DNA from: an uncultured Pelagibacteraceae bacterium
GTDB taxonomy: Bacteria > Pseudomonadota > Alphaproteobacteria > Pelagibacterales > Pelagibacteraceae
Length of the DNA stretch: 64,000 nt
Direction: 5' to 3'
Assembly: GCA_902536005.1 (NCBI GenBank)
Contig: CACAVT010000001.1
Span: 7-64,006, forward strand
In this document: one piece after another, positions 11,901 to 20,540 of the stretch
How the letters are laid out: the number at the start of each line of letters is the position of its first letter
How positions within the stretch are numbered: position 1 is the stretch's first letter
The notes under the pieces: model-generated
Told to the model about the DNA's origin: nothing
Seen by the model: only the letters and a program-made list of their open reading frames with translations
The model's database searches: none
Program-made: the position numbers and the translations under genes

Positions 11901-11971
11901 TTTACAAGTATCTCTATAACCTCAACATTTTCAAAGTCACCAATGTCAGGAACAAGTAATTTTTCGCTCAT
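8933..11971 (-). CDS. aceE: Pyruvate dehydrogenase E1, homodimeric AceE type, with fused N-terminal lipoyl domain
   Basis: DIDPLETQDW, QFPTVSMGLGP, GDGEMDEPES TPP-binding motif, GEGLQHQDGHS; N-terminal ESDKS lipoyl domain. Confidence 0.96.
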   Translation of the reverse strand: MSEKLLVPDIGDFENVEVIEILVKPGDQIKQNDPIVTIESDKSSVEIPSTISGKVDTLAVKVGDKVSKGDLLLNLTPSSKTSPESTLPKDTENIIKQAEEAMAEKKEEKKIISEPIIEKKESIIQVVNGADIDPLETQDWLESLSAVISKDGNQRAHFLIKELINKAYREGANIPYTQNTPYINTIPPEAEVKSGGDQNIERRIRSLIRWNAAAMVVRANKKYPELGGHIGTFASAATLYDVGMNHFWRAKNNKFGGDLIYFQGHSAPGMYARAFLEGRLNEKQLDSFRQEVKPGGLSSYPHPWLMPNFWQFPTVSMGLGPMLAIYQARYMKYLINRGLIKDEGRKVWAFLGDGEMDEPESMGAIGLAARENLDNLIFVINCNLQRLDGPVRGNGKIIQELEGSFRGSGWNVIKVIWGSYWDSLLANDKTGHLIKIMNETVDGEYQAMKARDGAYVREKFFGKSPESLELVSSMSDTDIWRLNRGGHDPHKVFAAYDKATKHQGSPTVIIAKTIKGYGMGKSGESVNTTHQTKKLDVDDLMYYRDRFDVPLTDEQVRNIEYFRPDEKSSEIKYLKEKRIKLGGYLPERSTFAKPIKAPSKDIFDFMKVSTGEKEMSTTMALVRMLTNLLRDKNISPRLVPIIPDEARTFGMEGFFQKIGIYAHEGQKYEPEDAAQLSSYREDKSGQVLEEGINEAGAMSSWIAAATAYTNHDIEMIPIYIFYSMFGFQRIGDLAWAAGDSQARGFLVGATAGRTTLAGEGLQHQDGHSHLIASTIPNCVTYDPTFHYELAVIFREGLRRMHEKNENVFYYITTMNENYSHPEMPKDKNCEEGILKGMYKIKEFNKYKKTKIQLLGSGTILREMMSAAEILQNDYQIDSEIWSVTSFNELRKDGMEVERYNLLNPDKEPKKSYVEQCLGQTEGPIMAASDYMRMNSDQIRPYTNKSFYSLGADGFGRSDTRKNLRKFFEVDKEHLVAYGLSILAKEQLITSKHAKDAMKKYNIDTNKPMPTKL

Positions 11972-12097
11972 TTTTAAATGTTTTATATACCCAAAAAAAC
12001 ATTATTGGGTTTTATTTTATCACATTAATAAGGTTTTTTCGTTAATCTTATATTTTTATTATACAAAAAATAAAAAAATAAATGAATATAAAGCTTT

Positions 12098-13285
12098 TTA
12101 GCTTCTCTCAATACACATAGCTATTCCCATACCACCGCCTATACAGAGTGCCGCACAACCTTTTCTTTTATCTTGCTTAATCATTTCATGAATAAGAGTA
12201 ACCAAAATTCTCGATCCAGAGGCTCCTATCGGATGACCTAAAGCAATTGCACCCCCATTGACGTTAACTTTCTGCTCAGGTAATTTTAATTCTTTAATTA
12301 CCGCGATACTTTGTGCTGCAAATGCTTCGTTTATTTCAAATAAATCAACCTCATCAACTTTCCATTTAGCTTTAGATAAAGCCTCTTGAATTGAAGGTAT
12401 TGGTCCAAGTCCCATTAATGAGGGCTCAACCCCACAAGTCGCCCACGATACAATTTTAACTAATGATTCTAACGATTTTTTTTCTGCTTGCTCTCTTGAC
12501 ATTAATACTAAAGCAGCTGCACCATCATTTATTCCTGAAGAATTACCAGGTGTTACAGTTCCATTTTCTTTAAAAACTGTTTTTAATTTTTTTAAATCAT
12601 CAATACTTAAATTATTTCTAGGGTGTTCATCTTTTTCAAAGACAAATTTTTTATCACCATCTTCAATTTGTAATTTTATCAGCTCATCTTTAAATTTATT
12701 TTCGCTGTAAGCTTTTTCTGTTTTTTTTTGAGAATTTAGAGAAAAATTATCTTGTTCATCTCTTGAAATTTTATACTTTTCCGCAACATTTTCAGCGGTA
12801 ACACCCATGTGATAATCATTAAATGAGTCTAAGAGACCATCATTTATCATTGTATCTACCAATTTTTTTTCTGAAAATTTTTTATCTTCTCTATAAAAAA
12901 TCGCATGAGTTGCTCTAGACATGCTTTCTTGACCACCTGCAATGACAATTTTATTTTCTCCTAAACTAATTGATTGATATCCTGAAACAACAGATCTTAA
13001 TCCAGATCCACAAACTTGATTAACAATATGAGCAGGTTTCGAAACCGGTACACCAGCACCAATTGAAGCTTGTCTAGCAGGATTTTGTCCAAGTCCAGAA
13101 GTTAAAACGTGCCCCATAATTACTTCATCAATCTCCTCTAAATCTAATTTTGATTTATAAATTACCTCTTTAATTGCTATTGATCCTAATTTTGATGCGC
13201 TAAGATTTTTTAACGACCCTTTATATCTTCCAATTGGAGTTCTTAGTGCTGAAGTAATAACAACATCGCTAGAATTTTTGCTCAT
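12098..13285 (-). CDS. Acetyl-CoA C-acetyltransferase (thiolase, PhaA/AtoB family)
   Basis: NQVCGSG, NEAFAAQ, GHPIGASG and CIGGGMG thiolase motifs. Confidence 0.93.
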   Translation of the reverse strand: MSKNSSDVVITSALRTPIGRYKGSLKNLSASKLGSIAIKEVIYKSKLDLEEIDEVIMGHVLTSGLGQNPARQASIGAGVPVSKPAHIVNQVCGSGLRSVVSGYQSISLGENKIVIAGGQESMSRATHAIFYREDKKFSEKKLVDTMINDGLLDSFNDYHMGVTAENVAEKYKISRDEQDNFSLNSQKKTEKAYSENKFKDELIKLQIEDGDKKFVFEKDEHPRNNLSIDDLKKLKTVFKENGTVTPGNSSGINDGAAALVLMSREQAEKKSLESLVKIVSWATCGVEPSLMGLGPIPSIQEALSKAKWKVDEVDLFEINEAFAAQSIAVIKELKLPEQKVNVNGGAIALGHPIGASGSRILVTLIHEMIKQDKRKGCAALCIGGGMGIAMCIERS

Positions 13286-13358
13286 AAAGTAATTAACATA
13301 ATATTTTATAAGTTAAATTACATCAAAAACTTTGATATATGAGATATATTATTTAAAG

Positions 13359-13435
13359 GGACCGCTGGCCAAATTGGATAAGGCGCTCGGCTACGAACCG
13401 GGAGATTCCAGATTCGAGTTCTGGGCGGTCCACCA
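13359..13435 (+). tRNA. tRNA-Arg(ACG)
   Basis: Acceptor stem GGACCGC/GCGGTCC, anticodon arm CTCGG-CTACGAA-CCGGG, T loop TTCGAGT, encoded CCA. Confidence 0.96.
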
Positions 13436-13449
13436 AAAAGGAAACAAAA

Positions 13450-13548
13450 ATGTTTAATTGGCTTTTAAATGCATCTTTACAAAAATCAGTAATTTATTTT
13501 TTTATAATTATTTTAATTATTTTATTAATTTTAACTTTTGTATTATAA
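13450..13548 (+). CDS. Putative 32-aa single-pass membrane microprotein
   Basis: MFNWLLNASLQKSVIYFFIIILIILLILTFVL; AAGGA RBS upstream; fills the gap between tRNA-Arg and the thioesterase. Confidence 0.5.
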   Translation: MFNWLLNASLQKSVIYFFIIILIILLILTFVL

Positions 13549-13554
13549 AAAATT

Positions 13555-13980
13555 ATGAGCAATGAATTTGAGCAAATAAGTATTAAACCTGGATTTATGA
13601 AACACAATGGAGGAGTTTTATTTAGAGCTATTTCAGAAAATGAATATGAATTTAAATCTATTATTAATGAAAATCATTTAAATGCTGCTGGAATAACTCA
13701 TGGTGGTTATTTATCTGCTTTAATAGATGCAGGGGCAGGAACAGCTGCACACAGAGCATCTGGAAATGCTCCATGTGTAACCATTTCTTTAGATATAAAA
13801 TTTATTGGTGCTTCAAAAGTAGGAGATGAAATTATTGGTAATACAAAAATTTTAAAAAAAACAAACACCCTTGTCTTTTTATTTTGCGAGCTAAAGTGTA
13901 ATGATAAAATAATTTCTTCTGCATCTGGAGTATGGAAAATTATTAAAATAAACCCTTCTAATTTAGGACCTGGTGGTTAA
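13555..13980 (+). CDS. PaaI family hotdog-fold thioesterase
   Basis: HLNAAGITHGGYLSALID motif. Confidence 0.9.
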   Translation: MSNEFEQISIKPGFMKHNGGVLFRAISENEYEFKSIINENHLNAAGITHGGYLSALIDAGAGTAAHRASGNAPCVTISLDIKFIGASKVGDEIIGNTKILKKTNTLVFLFCELKCNDKIISSASGVWKIIKINPSNLGPGG

Positions 13981-13990
13981 TTTTTTATAT

Positions 13991-15952
13991 TTAGATCTCT
14001 AATTCTTTTATATTACTATATTGTTCGAGTGCTTCGGGATTTGCTAAAGCTTCAATGTTCTTAATTTCACTTCCTTCAATCTTACTCTTAACCGCTAGTT
14101 CGACTATTTTACCACTCTTTGTTCTGGGTATATCTTTCACAACAATAATTTTACTAGGAACATGTCTAGGAGATGCGTTTTTTTTTATTTGTAATTTTAT
14201 TTTGTTAATTAATTCTGCTGTTAATGAATAATTTTTGCTCATTACAATAAATAAAACTATTCTAACATCATTATCCCATGATTGTCCTACAACGATAGAC
14301 TCTCTTATTTCTTTAAACTTTTCAACTTCTGAATATATCTCTGCTGTTCCAAGTCTTACACCTCCTGGATTTAAGGTGGTATCTGATCTTCCATGAATTA
14401 TATATCCACCACTATTTTTTATCTCTGCGTAATCTCCATGGTGCCATATATTTTTAAATCTATTAAAATAAGCACTCTTAAATTTAATATCATTTTTATC
14501 ATTCCAAAACTTTAAAGGCATTGATGGAAAAGGATTTTTACAGACAAGTTCCCCTTTACTATTTTTTAAAGACTTCCCTTTATCGCTTAAAACATCTACA
14601 TCTAAAGCCAAACCATTGTTTTGTATTTCTCCTATATTCACTGGCTGATATAAATTTCCTAATACGAAGCACGAAACAATATCAGTACCACCAGAAATAG
14701 ATGACAAGTGCACATTTTTTTTAATATGCTTATAAACATATTTAAAACTTTCTTGTGAGAGAGGTGAGCCAGTTGAACAAATTGTTCTTAGTTTATTTAA
14801 TTTAAATTTATATTTTAAATTTGGTTTAAATTTTCTTAAAGCATCTACATACTTCGCACTTATTCCAAACAAAGTAATTTTTTCTCTTTGTGCTATTTTC
14901 AAAAGCAAATCGGATGATTTAAACATTGGAGATCCATCAAAAAGAACAATAGATGCCTTCGAAGCTAATGAACTAACTAACCAATTCCACATCATCCATC
15001 CACATGTGGTAAAATAGAAAACGTTATCATTTTCTTTAATATTACAATGTAATTGATGTTCCTTCATATGCTGGATTAAAACACCACCAGATCGATGACA
15101 AATGCATTTAGGTTTTCCAGTAGTTCCGCTTGAATATAATATTGCTAACTCTGTTTCAAAATCAAATCTTTTGAAATCAATTTTTTCAGCATTAGTTTTC
15201 ATTAATTTATTCCATTTAAATAAATTAATTTTTTTAAATTTATATTTATTTTTAACAAACTTTTTTCCAGGATAGTTACATAGTACAACACTTTTAATTG
15301 AAGGGATTAATTTTAAAATCTCTGGAAGTCTATTTAAAATATCTATTTTTTTTCCATTATAAAAATACTGATCAGTAATAAATAAAACTTTAGGATTAAT
15401 TTGTGAAAATCTTTCTATAACACCTTTAGATCCGAAATCAGGACTACAAGAAGACCAAATACCTCCCAAAGAAGTTGTAGCAATGAATGCTTCAACAGTT
15501 TCGATAGTATTTGGCATATATGCAGCTACTCTATCTCCTTTTTTAATATTTATTTTTTTTAGAAACTTTGAAATTTTATTAGTATTTAAATTTAATTTTC
15601 TCCATGATCTTTCTTCTCTAAATCCATTTTCACTAATAAAGGTTACTGCTTTTTCATTATTTTTTTTAGATAGTAAATTTTCACCAAAATTTAGTCTGCT
15701 ACCTGGTAAAAATAAATTTTTATAAAAAGTTTTTGATTTCCTAATTTTTTTTTTACTTTTAGTTCCTTTTATTTTGCTAAAATCCCAAAATTTACTCCAA
15801 AATTCAGGTGAATTTTTTATACTCCAATTTAATAATTTTTTATAATTTCTATTAAATTTTATTTTTAATTTTTTTGAAATATAATTTTCAAAAGCAAATA
15901 AATTTGAATTTTTTTTTACAATTAGAGAGGATTGCCAAAGTTCTTTACTCAT
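13991..15952 (-). CDS. Acetoacetate--CoA ligase
   Basis: WSSCSPDFG, YSSGTTGKPKCICH, GWMMWNWL and GRSDTTLNPGGVRLG signatures. Confidence 0.92.
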   Translation of the reverse strand: MSKELWQSSLIVKKNSNLFAFENYISKKLKIKFNRNYKKLLNWSIKNSPEFWSKFWDFSKIKGTKSKKKIRKSKTFYKNLFLPGSRLNFGENLLSKKNNEKAVTFISENGFREERSWRKLNLNTNKISKFLKKINIKKGDRVAAYMPNTIETVEAFIATTSLGGIWSSCSPDFGSKGVIERFSQINPKVLFITDQYFYNGKKIDILNRLPEILKLIPSIKSVVLCNYPGKKFVKNKYKFKKINLFKWNKLMKTNAEKIDFKRFDFETELAILYSSGTTGKPKCICHRSGGVLIQHMKEHQLHCNIKENDNVFYFTTCGWMMWNWLVSSLASKASIVLFDGSPMFKSSDLLLKIAQREKITLFGISAKYVDALRKFKPNLKYKFKLNKLRTICSTGSPLSQESFKYVYKHIKKNVHLSSISGGTDIVSCFVLGNLYQPVNIGEIQNNGLALDVDVLSDKGKSLKNSKGELVCKNPFPSMPLKFWNDKNDIKFKSAYFNRFKNIWHHGDYAEIKNSGGYIIHGRSDTTLNPGGVRLGTAEIYSEVEKFKEIRESIVVGQSWDNDVRIVLFIVMSKNYSLTAELINKIKLQIKKNASPRHVPSKIIVVKDIPRTKSGKIVELAVKSKIEGSEIKNIEALANPEALEQYSNIKELEI

Positions 15953-16125
15953 TTTATTAAATTAAATTACTGTTATAGAATTAATCTTATTTATGATAAT
16001 CTCACTAACATTTAAAAGAAAATGAGAACTTTTTACCCTCCGATTCGGTCATGTTTTAGTCTATTTTTGTTCTTTAGTAGTAACAATATCTGGTAGGTAA
16101 AAAAAAAGAAGCACAAAAGATAGAA

Positions 16126-18606
16126 ATGACTAAAAATAAAATTACAGCTGTTCTTGGCCCTACTAATACAGGCAAAACCCATCTTGCTATCGAAACCATG
16201 CTTTCTTTTGAAAGTGGTATGATTGGATTTCCACTTAGATTACTTGCAAGAGAAGTATATGACAAAGTAATCAAGAAAATAAGTTTAGATAAAGTTGCAC
16301 TTATAACTGGAGAAGAAAAAATAATCCCATCTAACGCTAAGTATTTTTTATGTACAGTGGAGTCTATGCCAATTGACAAACATCTTGAGTTTGTTGGCGT
16401 AGACGAGATTCAAATGTGCTCTGATCATGAAAGAGGTCATATTTTTACTGACAGACTTTTAAATATGAGAGGAGAAAAACTTACAATGTTAATGGGTTCA
16501 AGTACCATTAAAAATATTATTTCAAAATTAGATGCAGATATTGAATTTATAAATAGAGAAAGACTATCTAAACTTACCTACGCTGGTCATAAAAAAATAT
16601 CGAGAATTGACAGAAAAACAGCAATCATTGCGTTTTCAGCAGAGGAGGTTTATGCAATTGCTGAGTTAATAAGAAGACAAAAGGGTGGTGCCGCAATTGT
16701 AATGGGATCACTAAGTCCAAAAACAAGAAATGCTCAAGTTGAATTATATCAATCTGGGGATGTTGATTTCCTAGTTGCAACAGATGCAATTGGGATGGGA
16801 ATAAACATGGATTTAGATTTTGTTTATTTTTCAAATGTTAAAAAATTTGATGGAAAAAAATTAAGAAGATTAAATTTATCTGAAATAGGTCAAATAGCCG
16901 GTAGAGCTGGTCGATACCTTAACGATGGAAGTTTCGGTATTACTGGTGATTGTAAAGAAATATCTCCAGAAGAGGTAGAATTATTAGAAAATCATAAATT
17001 TGAAGAAATAAGAACTTTGTTTTGGAGAAATTCAAATCTTAATTTCAATAACCCAATTAGTTTAATTAAAAGTTTAGAGGAAAAACCTAAGGTGGAATGG
17101 CTAAGAAAAATACATGAATGTGAGGATGAAAAAGCACTTAAATATTTTTTAAAAGATCAAAAAATTTTAAATAGAGAATTTGATAAGAAAGCTTTAATGC
17201 TCTTGTGGGAATGTTGTCAAATACCTGATTTTGTTAAAAAAACTTATGGAAATCATTTTGAAGTTATTGGAAATGTATTTAAATTTTTAAGTAGCAAAAA
17301 AGGACTAATTTCTGAAGATTATATGAGATTACAGCTCATGAAACTAGATAAATTAGATGGAAATGTAGATTCTTTATCAAATAGAATTGCAAATGTCAGA
17401 ACTTGGTCATATGTTTCAAATAAAAATAATTGGGTAGAAAATCAAAGTTATTGGATTGAAAAAACTAAACACTTAGAAGATAGACTTTCAGACAGATTAC
17501 ATGAAGAACTTACTAAAACTTTTATTGACAAAAGAGCAAGCGTGCTGGCTAGAGGTTTAAAACAGGATATGGAATTTAAAACTGAAATTTTACAAAACAA
17601 TGATGTTAAAATTGATGATCAATTCATCGGAAAGATAAAAGGACTAAAATTAGAACTAGATCTTAAAAAAGGTGCTTTGGAAACTGATATTAAATCTTTA
17701 AAAAAAGCTGCCAGGCAAACCATTGGTCCAGAATTAGAAAAACGTGTTCAATCAATAATTGATACAGGATTAATTAGTTTGAATGAAGATTTTAAAATTT
17801 ACTGGAATGATTTCCCAATTGCGAAATTAACAACAGGTAATGATTATTTAAATCCTAATTTTGATTTAATTGTTGATGATGTTATTGAAAAAAACACTAA
17901 ACAAAAGTTAAATGACTATATTAATAAATGGATACATTCAAAAATAAATAACGTTCTTAAAAGTTTAATTGATTTAAAAAATATAAAAGAAAATAATTCA
18001 TCAATTAAAGCACTGGCATACCAACTCTATGAAAATAATGGAGTATTAAAGCGAGATCAAGTATCTGAATACCTAAAAAACCTAGAACAAAATGAAAGAA
18101 AAATTCTTAGAGACTTGGGAGTAAAGTTTGGGAGATATCATGTTTTCCTTTATCAATTAATTAAACCAGAAGCAGTATCTTTGCGAACATTATTGTGGAA
18201 AAATTTTTATCAAAAATTTCATAATTTAAAACCACCTACCTTTGGTTTGAATTTTTTAGACGATAAAGAAATAAAAAATAAAAACTTTATGCTTCTGTGC
18301 GGATTTGAAAGATTTGATAATTTTTTTGTAAGAATTGATATTTTGGAAAGATTATTTGTATTAATAATAAATTCTAGTTCAAAGGAAAATTCTGAAATAA
18401 AATTAGTTCCAGAAATGTTAAATCTTTTAGGATGTAGTAAAGATAATTTCAAAAAATTACTTCAAAAAATGAATTATAAAATATTTGAAAAAGAAAATGA
18501 AATATTTTTTAAATATAGTCCTACTAAGAAATTTAAAAAAATTACCACAAAGAAGATCTCAAATGAAAATCCATTTAAAATATTAAAGAATTTAAATTTA
18601 AATTAA
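16126..18606 (+). CDS. SUV3-like / MgpS superfamily II helicase
   Basis: GPTNTGKT Walker A, DEIQ, ATDAIGMG, QIAGRAGR. Confidence 0.9.
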   Translation: MTKNKITAVLGPTNTGKTHLAIETMLSFESGMIGFPLRLLAREVYDKVIKKISLDKVALITGEEKIIPSNAKYFLCTVESMPIDKHLEFVGVDEIQMCSDHERGHIFTDRLLNMRGEKLTMLMGSSTIKNIISKLDADIEFINRERLSKLTYAGHKKISRIDRKTAIIAFSAEEVYAIAELIRRQKGGAAIVMGSLSPKTRNAQVELYQSGDVDFLVATDAIGMGINMDLDFVYFSNVKKFDGKKLRRLNLSEIGQIAGRAGRYLNDGSFGITGDCKEISPEEVELLENHKFEEIRTLFWRNSNLNFNNPISLIKSLEEKPKVEWLRKIHECEDEKALKYFLKDQKILNREFDKKALMLLWECCQIPDFVKKTYGNHFEVIGNVFKFLSSKKGLISEDYMRLQLMKLDKLDGNVDSLSNRIANVRTWSYVSNKNNWVENQSYWIEKTKHLEDRLSDRLHEELTKTFIDKRASVLARGLKQDMEFKTEILQNNDVKIDDQFIGKIKGLKLELDLKKGALETDIKSLKKAARQTIGPELEKRVQSIIDTGLISLNEDFKIYWNDFPIAKLTTGNDYLNPNFDLIVDDVIEKNTKQKLNDYINKWIHSKINNVLKSLIDLKNIKENNSSIKALAYQLYENNGVLKRDQVSEYLKNLEQNERKILRDLGVKFGRYHVFLYQLIKPEAVSLRTLLWKNFYQKFHNLKPPTFGLNFLDDKEIKNKNFMLLCGFERFDNFFVRIDILERLFVLIINSSSKENSEIKLVPEMLNLLGCSKDNFKKLLQKMNYKIFEKENEIFFKYSPTKKFKKITTKKISNENPFKILKNLNLN

Positions 18607-18607
18607 A

Positions 18608-19018
18608 ATGTTTTTTAAAAAAGAAGAAATAATAAATAATAATTTTCTCACGAAAGTTTGTGCTTTATTAATTCATGCTGCAAAAATAGATGAGAACTAT
18701 ACAGATAAAGAGGAAGAAATTATTAAAAAAACACTTAATGAGCTAGGTATAGAAAGTGAAAATATTTCTAAAACAATTGAAGAAGCAAAAATAATTGAAG
18801 AAAGCTCAAATCAAATTTTAGATTTTACTCGAGAAGTAAAGGGGTTACCCGAACAAGATAAAATTAAAATTATTGAGGCTTTGTGGTCTATAATCTATTC
18901 AAACAAAGATGCTGATATATATGAAACTAATTTAATGAGACGACTTGCGGGTTTACTTTACATTGACAATAAAACAATGGGCGATATTAAAGAAAAAATT
19001 AAACAAAATTTAAAATGA
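18608..19018 (+). CDS. TerB-family (tellurite resistance-like) protein
   Basis: [13 protein letters not shown]...EE and [12 protein letters not shown] pattern typical of TerB-like proteins. Confidence 0.75.
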   Translation: MFFKKEEIINNNFLTKVCALLIHAAKIDENYTDKEEEIIKKTLNELGIESENISKTIEEAKIIEESSNQILDFTREVKGLPEQDKIKIIEALWSIIYSNKDADIYETNLMRRLAGLLYIDNKTMGDIKEKIKQNLK

Positions 19019-19341
19019 CATATATCGTTAACGACAATTGTATTAAGTGCAAACTAACAGACTGTGTTGATGTTTGCCCAGTTGATTGCTTTTACGAAGG
19101 TAAAAATATGCTTGTAATTAAACCCGATGAGTGTATAGATTGTGGCGTTTGCGAGCCAGAATGTCCTGTAGATGCCATAAAAGCAGACACCGAACCTGGA
19201 AGTGAAAAATGGTTAGAGATCAATAAAAAATATTCTGAAATCTGGCCTAACATAAGTGAAAAAAAGGATCCACCAGCGGATCACGAGAAATTTAAAAATG
19301 AGCAAAATAAGTACGAAAAATATTTTAAAGAAAATCTTTAA
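19015..19341 (+). CDS. fdxA: 7Fe ferredoxin FdxA
   Basis: [18 protein letters not shown] and [12 protein letters not shown]. Confidence 0.93.
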   Translation: MTYIVNDNCIKCKLTDCVDVCPVDCFYEGKNMLVIKPDECIDCGVCEPECPVDAIKADTEPGSEKWLEINKKYSEIWPNISEKKDPPADHEKFKNEQNKYEKYFKENL

Positions 19342-20185
19342 AGGCAAAACAGATAAAAAAGTGAAAAAAAAAGTTTCTAAAAAAAAGGTTGTAAAAGCTA
19401 AAAAAGCAAAAAAAGCTAAAAAAATAATTTCAAAAAAAATCAAAAAAGTTGTTAAAAAAGTTAAACCTAAATTAACTAAAACAAAAAAAGCTGTTAAAAT
19501 TGCAGAGACGACAGGTGAACCGAAAGTAGATAATTTAAGAATTTCAAAAACAAATGAAGTTAAGCCTGAAATTAAAAAAGTTAAAAAACAAGAAACCGAA
19601 AAAAGAGAATACAAAATTAAAGATCATGTTGTTTATCCAAAGCATGGAGTAGGGCAAATTACTGAATTTAAAAAGATCAACATTGGTGGAATTGATGTTG
19701 AAACGTATGTTATTAAATTTGAAAAAGACAAAGCTAATGGAATGGTCCCTGTAAATAAGCAGTCTCACTTAAGATCATTAGCAACCATTAATCAAGTAAA
19801 TAAGTGTATTTCAATTTTAAAAAGTAAACCAAAAATTAAAAGATCAATGTGGAGTCGAAGAGCACAAGAATATGAAGCAAAAATATCCTCTGGGAAAATA
19901 TATGAATTAGCTGAGGTTGTCAGAGATTTAAACAAGGGTGATGACCTTATGGTTGACCAGTCTTATAGTGAAAGACAATTATTTGAAAAAGCATATGAAA
20001 GAATTTTGTCTGAATTTCAGATTGTTTTGAATGTATCATTAGAAGATACTCAAAAAAAATTGGATAAAGCACTAAAAAGAAACTTAGGTGGGCAGCCTCA
20101 ACCAGCTGCACCCGTAAAAACGCCAACTACTGAACTACCTGTAGACGAGCCAATTTCTGATAACGACGAACCAATTGACGAGTAA
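19298..20185 (+). CDS. carD: CarD/CdnL family transcription factor with Lys-rich N-terminal extension and acidic tail
   Basis: [24 protein letters not shown] and [10 protein letters not shown] motifs. Start uncertain: ATG 19298 overlapping fdxA, or GTG 19361. Confidence 0.9.
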   Translation: MSKISTKNILKKIFKGKTDKKVKKKVSKKKVVKAKKAKKAKKIISKKIKKVVKKVKPKLTKTKKAVKIAETTGEPKVDNLRISKTNEVKPEIKKVKKQETEKREYKIKDHVVYPKHGVGQITEFKKINIGGIDVETYVIKFEKDKANGMVPVNKQSHLRSLATINQVNKCISILKSKPKIKRSMWSRRAQEYEAKISSGKIYELAEVVRDLNKGDDLMVDQSYSERQLFEKAYERILSEFQIVLNVSLEDTQKKLDKALKRNLGGQPQPAAPVKTPTTELPVDEPISDNDEPIDE

Positions 20186-20229
20186 AAAAAAACGCCTCTC
20201 ACACACTACTGTAATGAGAAGCGTTTTTT
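20186..20229. terminator. Probable bidirectional intrinsic terminator between carD and the convergent basic microprotein
   Basis: AAAAAACGCCTCTCA...TGAGAAGCGTTTTTT imperfect hairpin flanked by A and T tracts. Confidence 0.65.
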
Positions 20230-20247
20230 GTAAAGAATACTAAGTTA

Positions 20248-20340
20248 CTATTTTCTTCTTCTTTTTTTTGCTTTTTTCTTAGCTTTTTTCTTAGCTTTTT
20301 TCTTAGTTTTCTTTGCCGCTTTTTTTCTCTTCTTAGGCAT
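20248..20340 (-). CDS. 30-aa highly basic protamine/histone H1-like microprotein
   Basis: MPKKRKKAAKKTKKKAKKKAKKKAKKRRRK, tandem TAG-TAA stops, GGGAG RBS, TTGACA -35 upstream. Confidence 0.75.
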   Translation of the reverse strand: MPKKRKKAAKKTKKKAKKKAKKKAKKRRRK

Positions 20341-20392
20341 CTTTAGCTCCCTTTTTTAGTTAAACGAATCAAATTGATTCGCTGTTAACATA

Positions 20393-20421
20393 TTTTTATT
20401 TTTTTCTATAAGTTATGTCAA
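20393..20421 (-). promoter_or_regulatory. Sigma70-type promoter of the basic microprotein gene
   Basis: TTGACA (20416-20421), 17-bp spacer, TAAAAA (20393-20398). Confidence 0.5.
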
Positions 20422-20540
20422 TTCTTTAATTAAAAGTTAAATTTTATAAAAATTTTTTTTAACTTTTTATTTTTATAAAACTTTTTTTTATTAATTTAGT
20501 TAATGTTTATGCGGTTAATAAACAACTTAAATTAAATATT

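Noticed and set aside
11989-12010. ACCCAA-N10-TTGGGT inverted repeat upstream of aceE
   Set aside because: Single short repeat; cannot distinguish operator, weak terminator or chance
13359-13460. Second integration site at tRNA-Arg(ACG)
   Set aside because: No duplicated tRNA fragment seen elsewhere in the window; flanking genes look like core metabolism
16069-16084. Alphaproteobacterial LexA box upstream of the helicase
   Set aside because: Only GTTC-N7-GTAA; the second half-site does not match
20426-20440. CtrA box TTAA-N7-TTAA upstream of the microprotein promoter
   Set aside because: Expected by chance in such AT-rich DNA; no evidence for ctrA in the window
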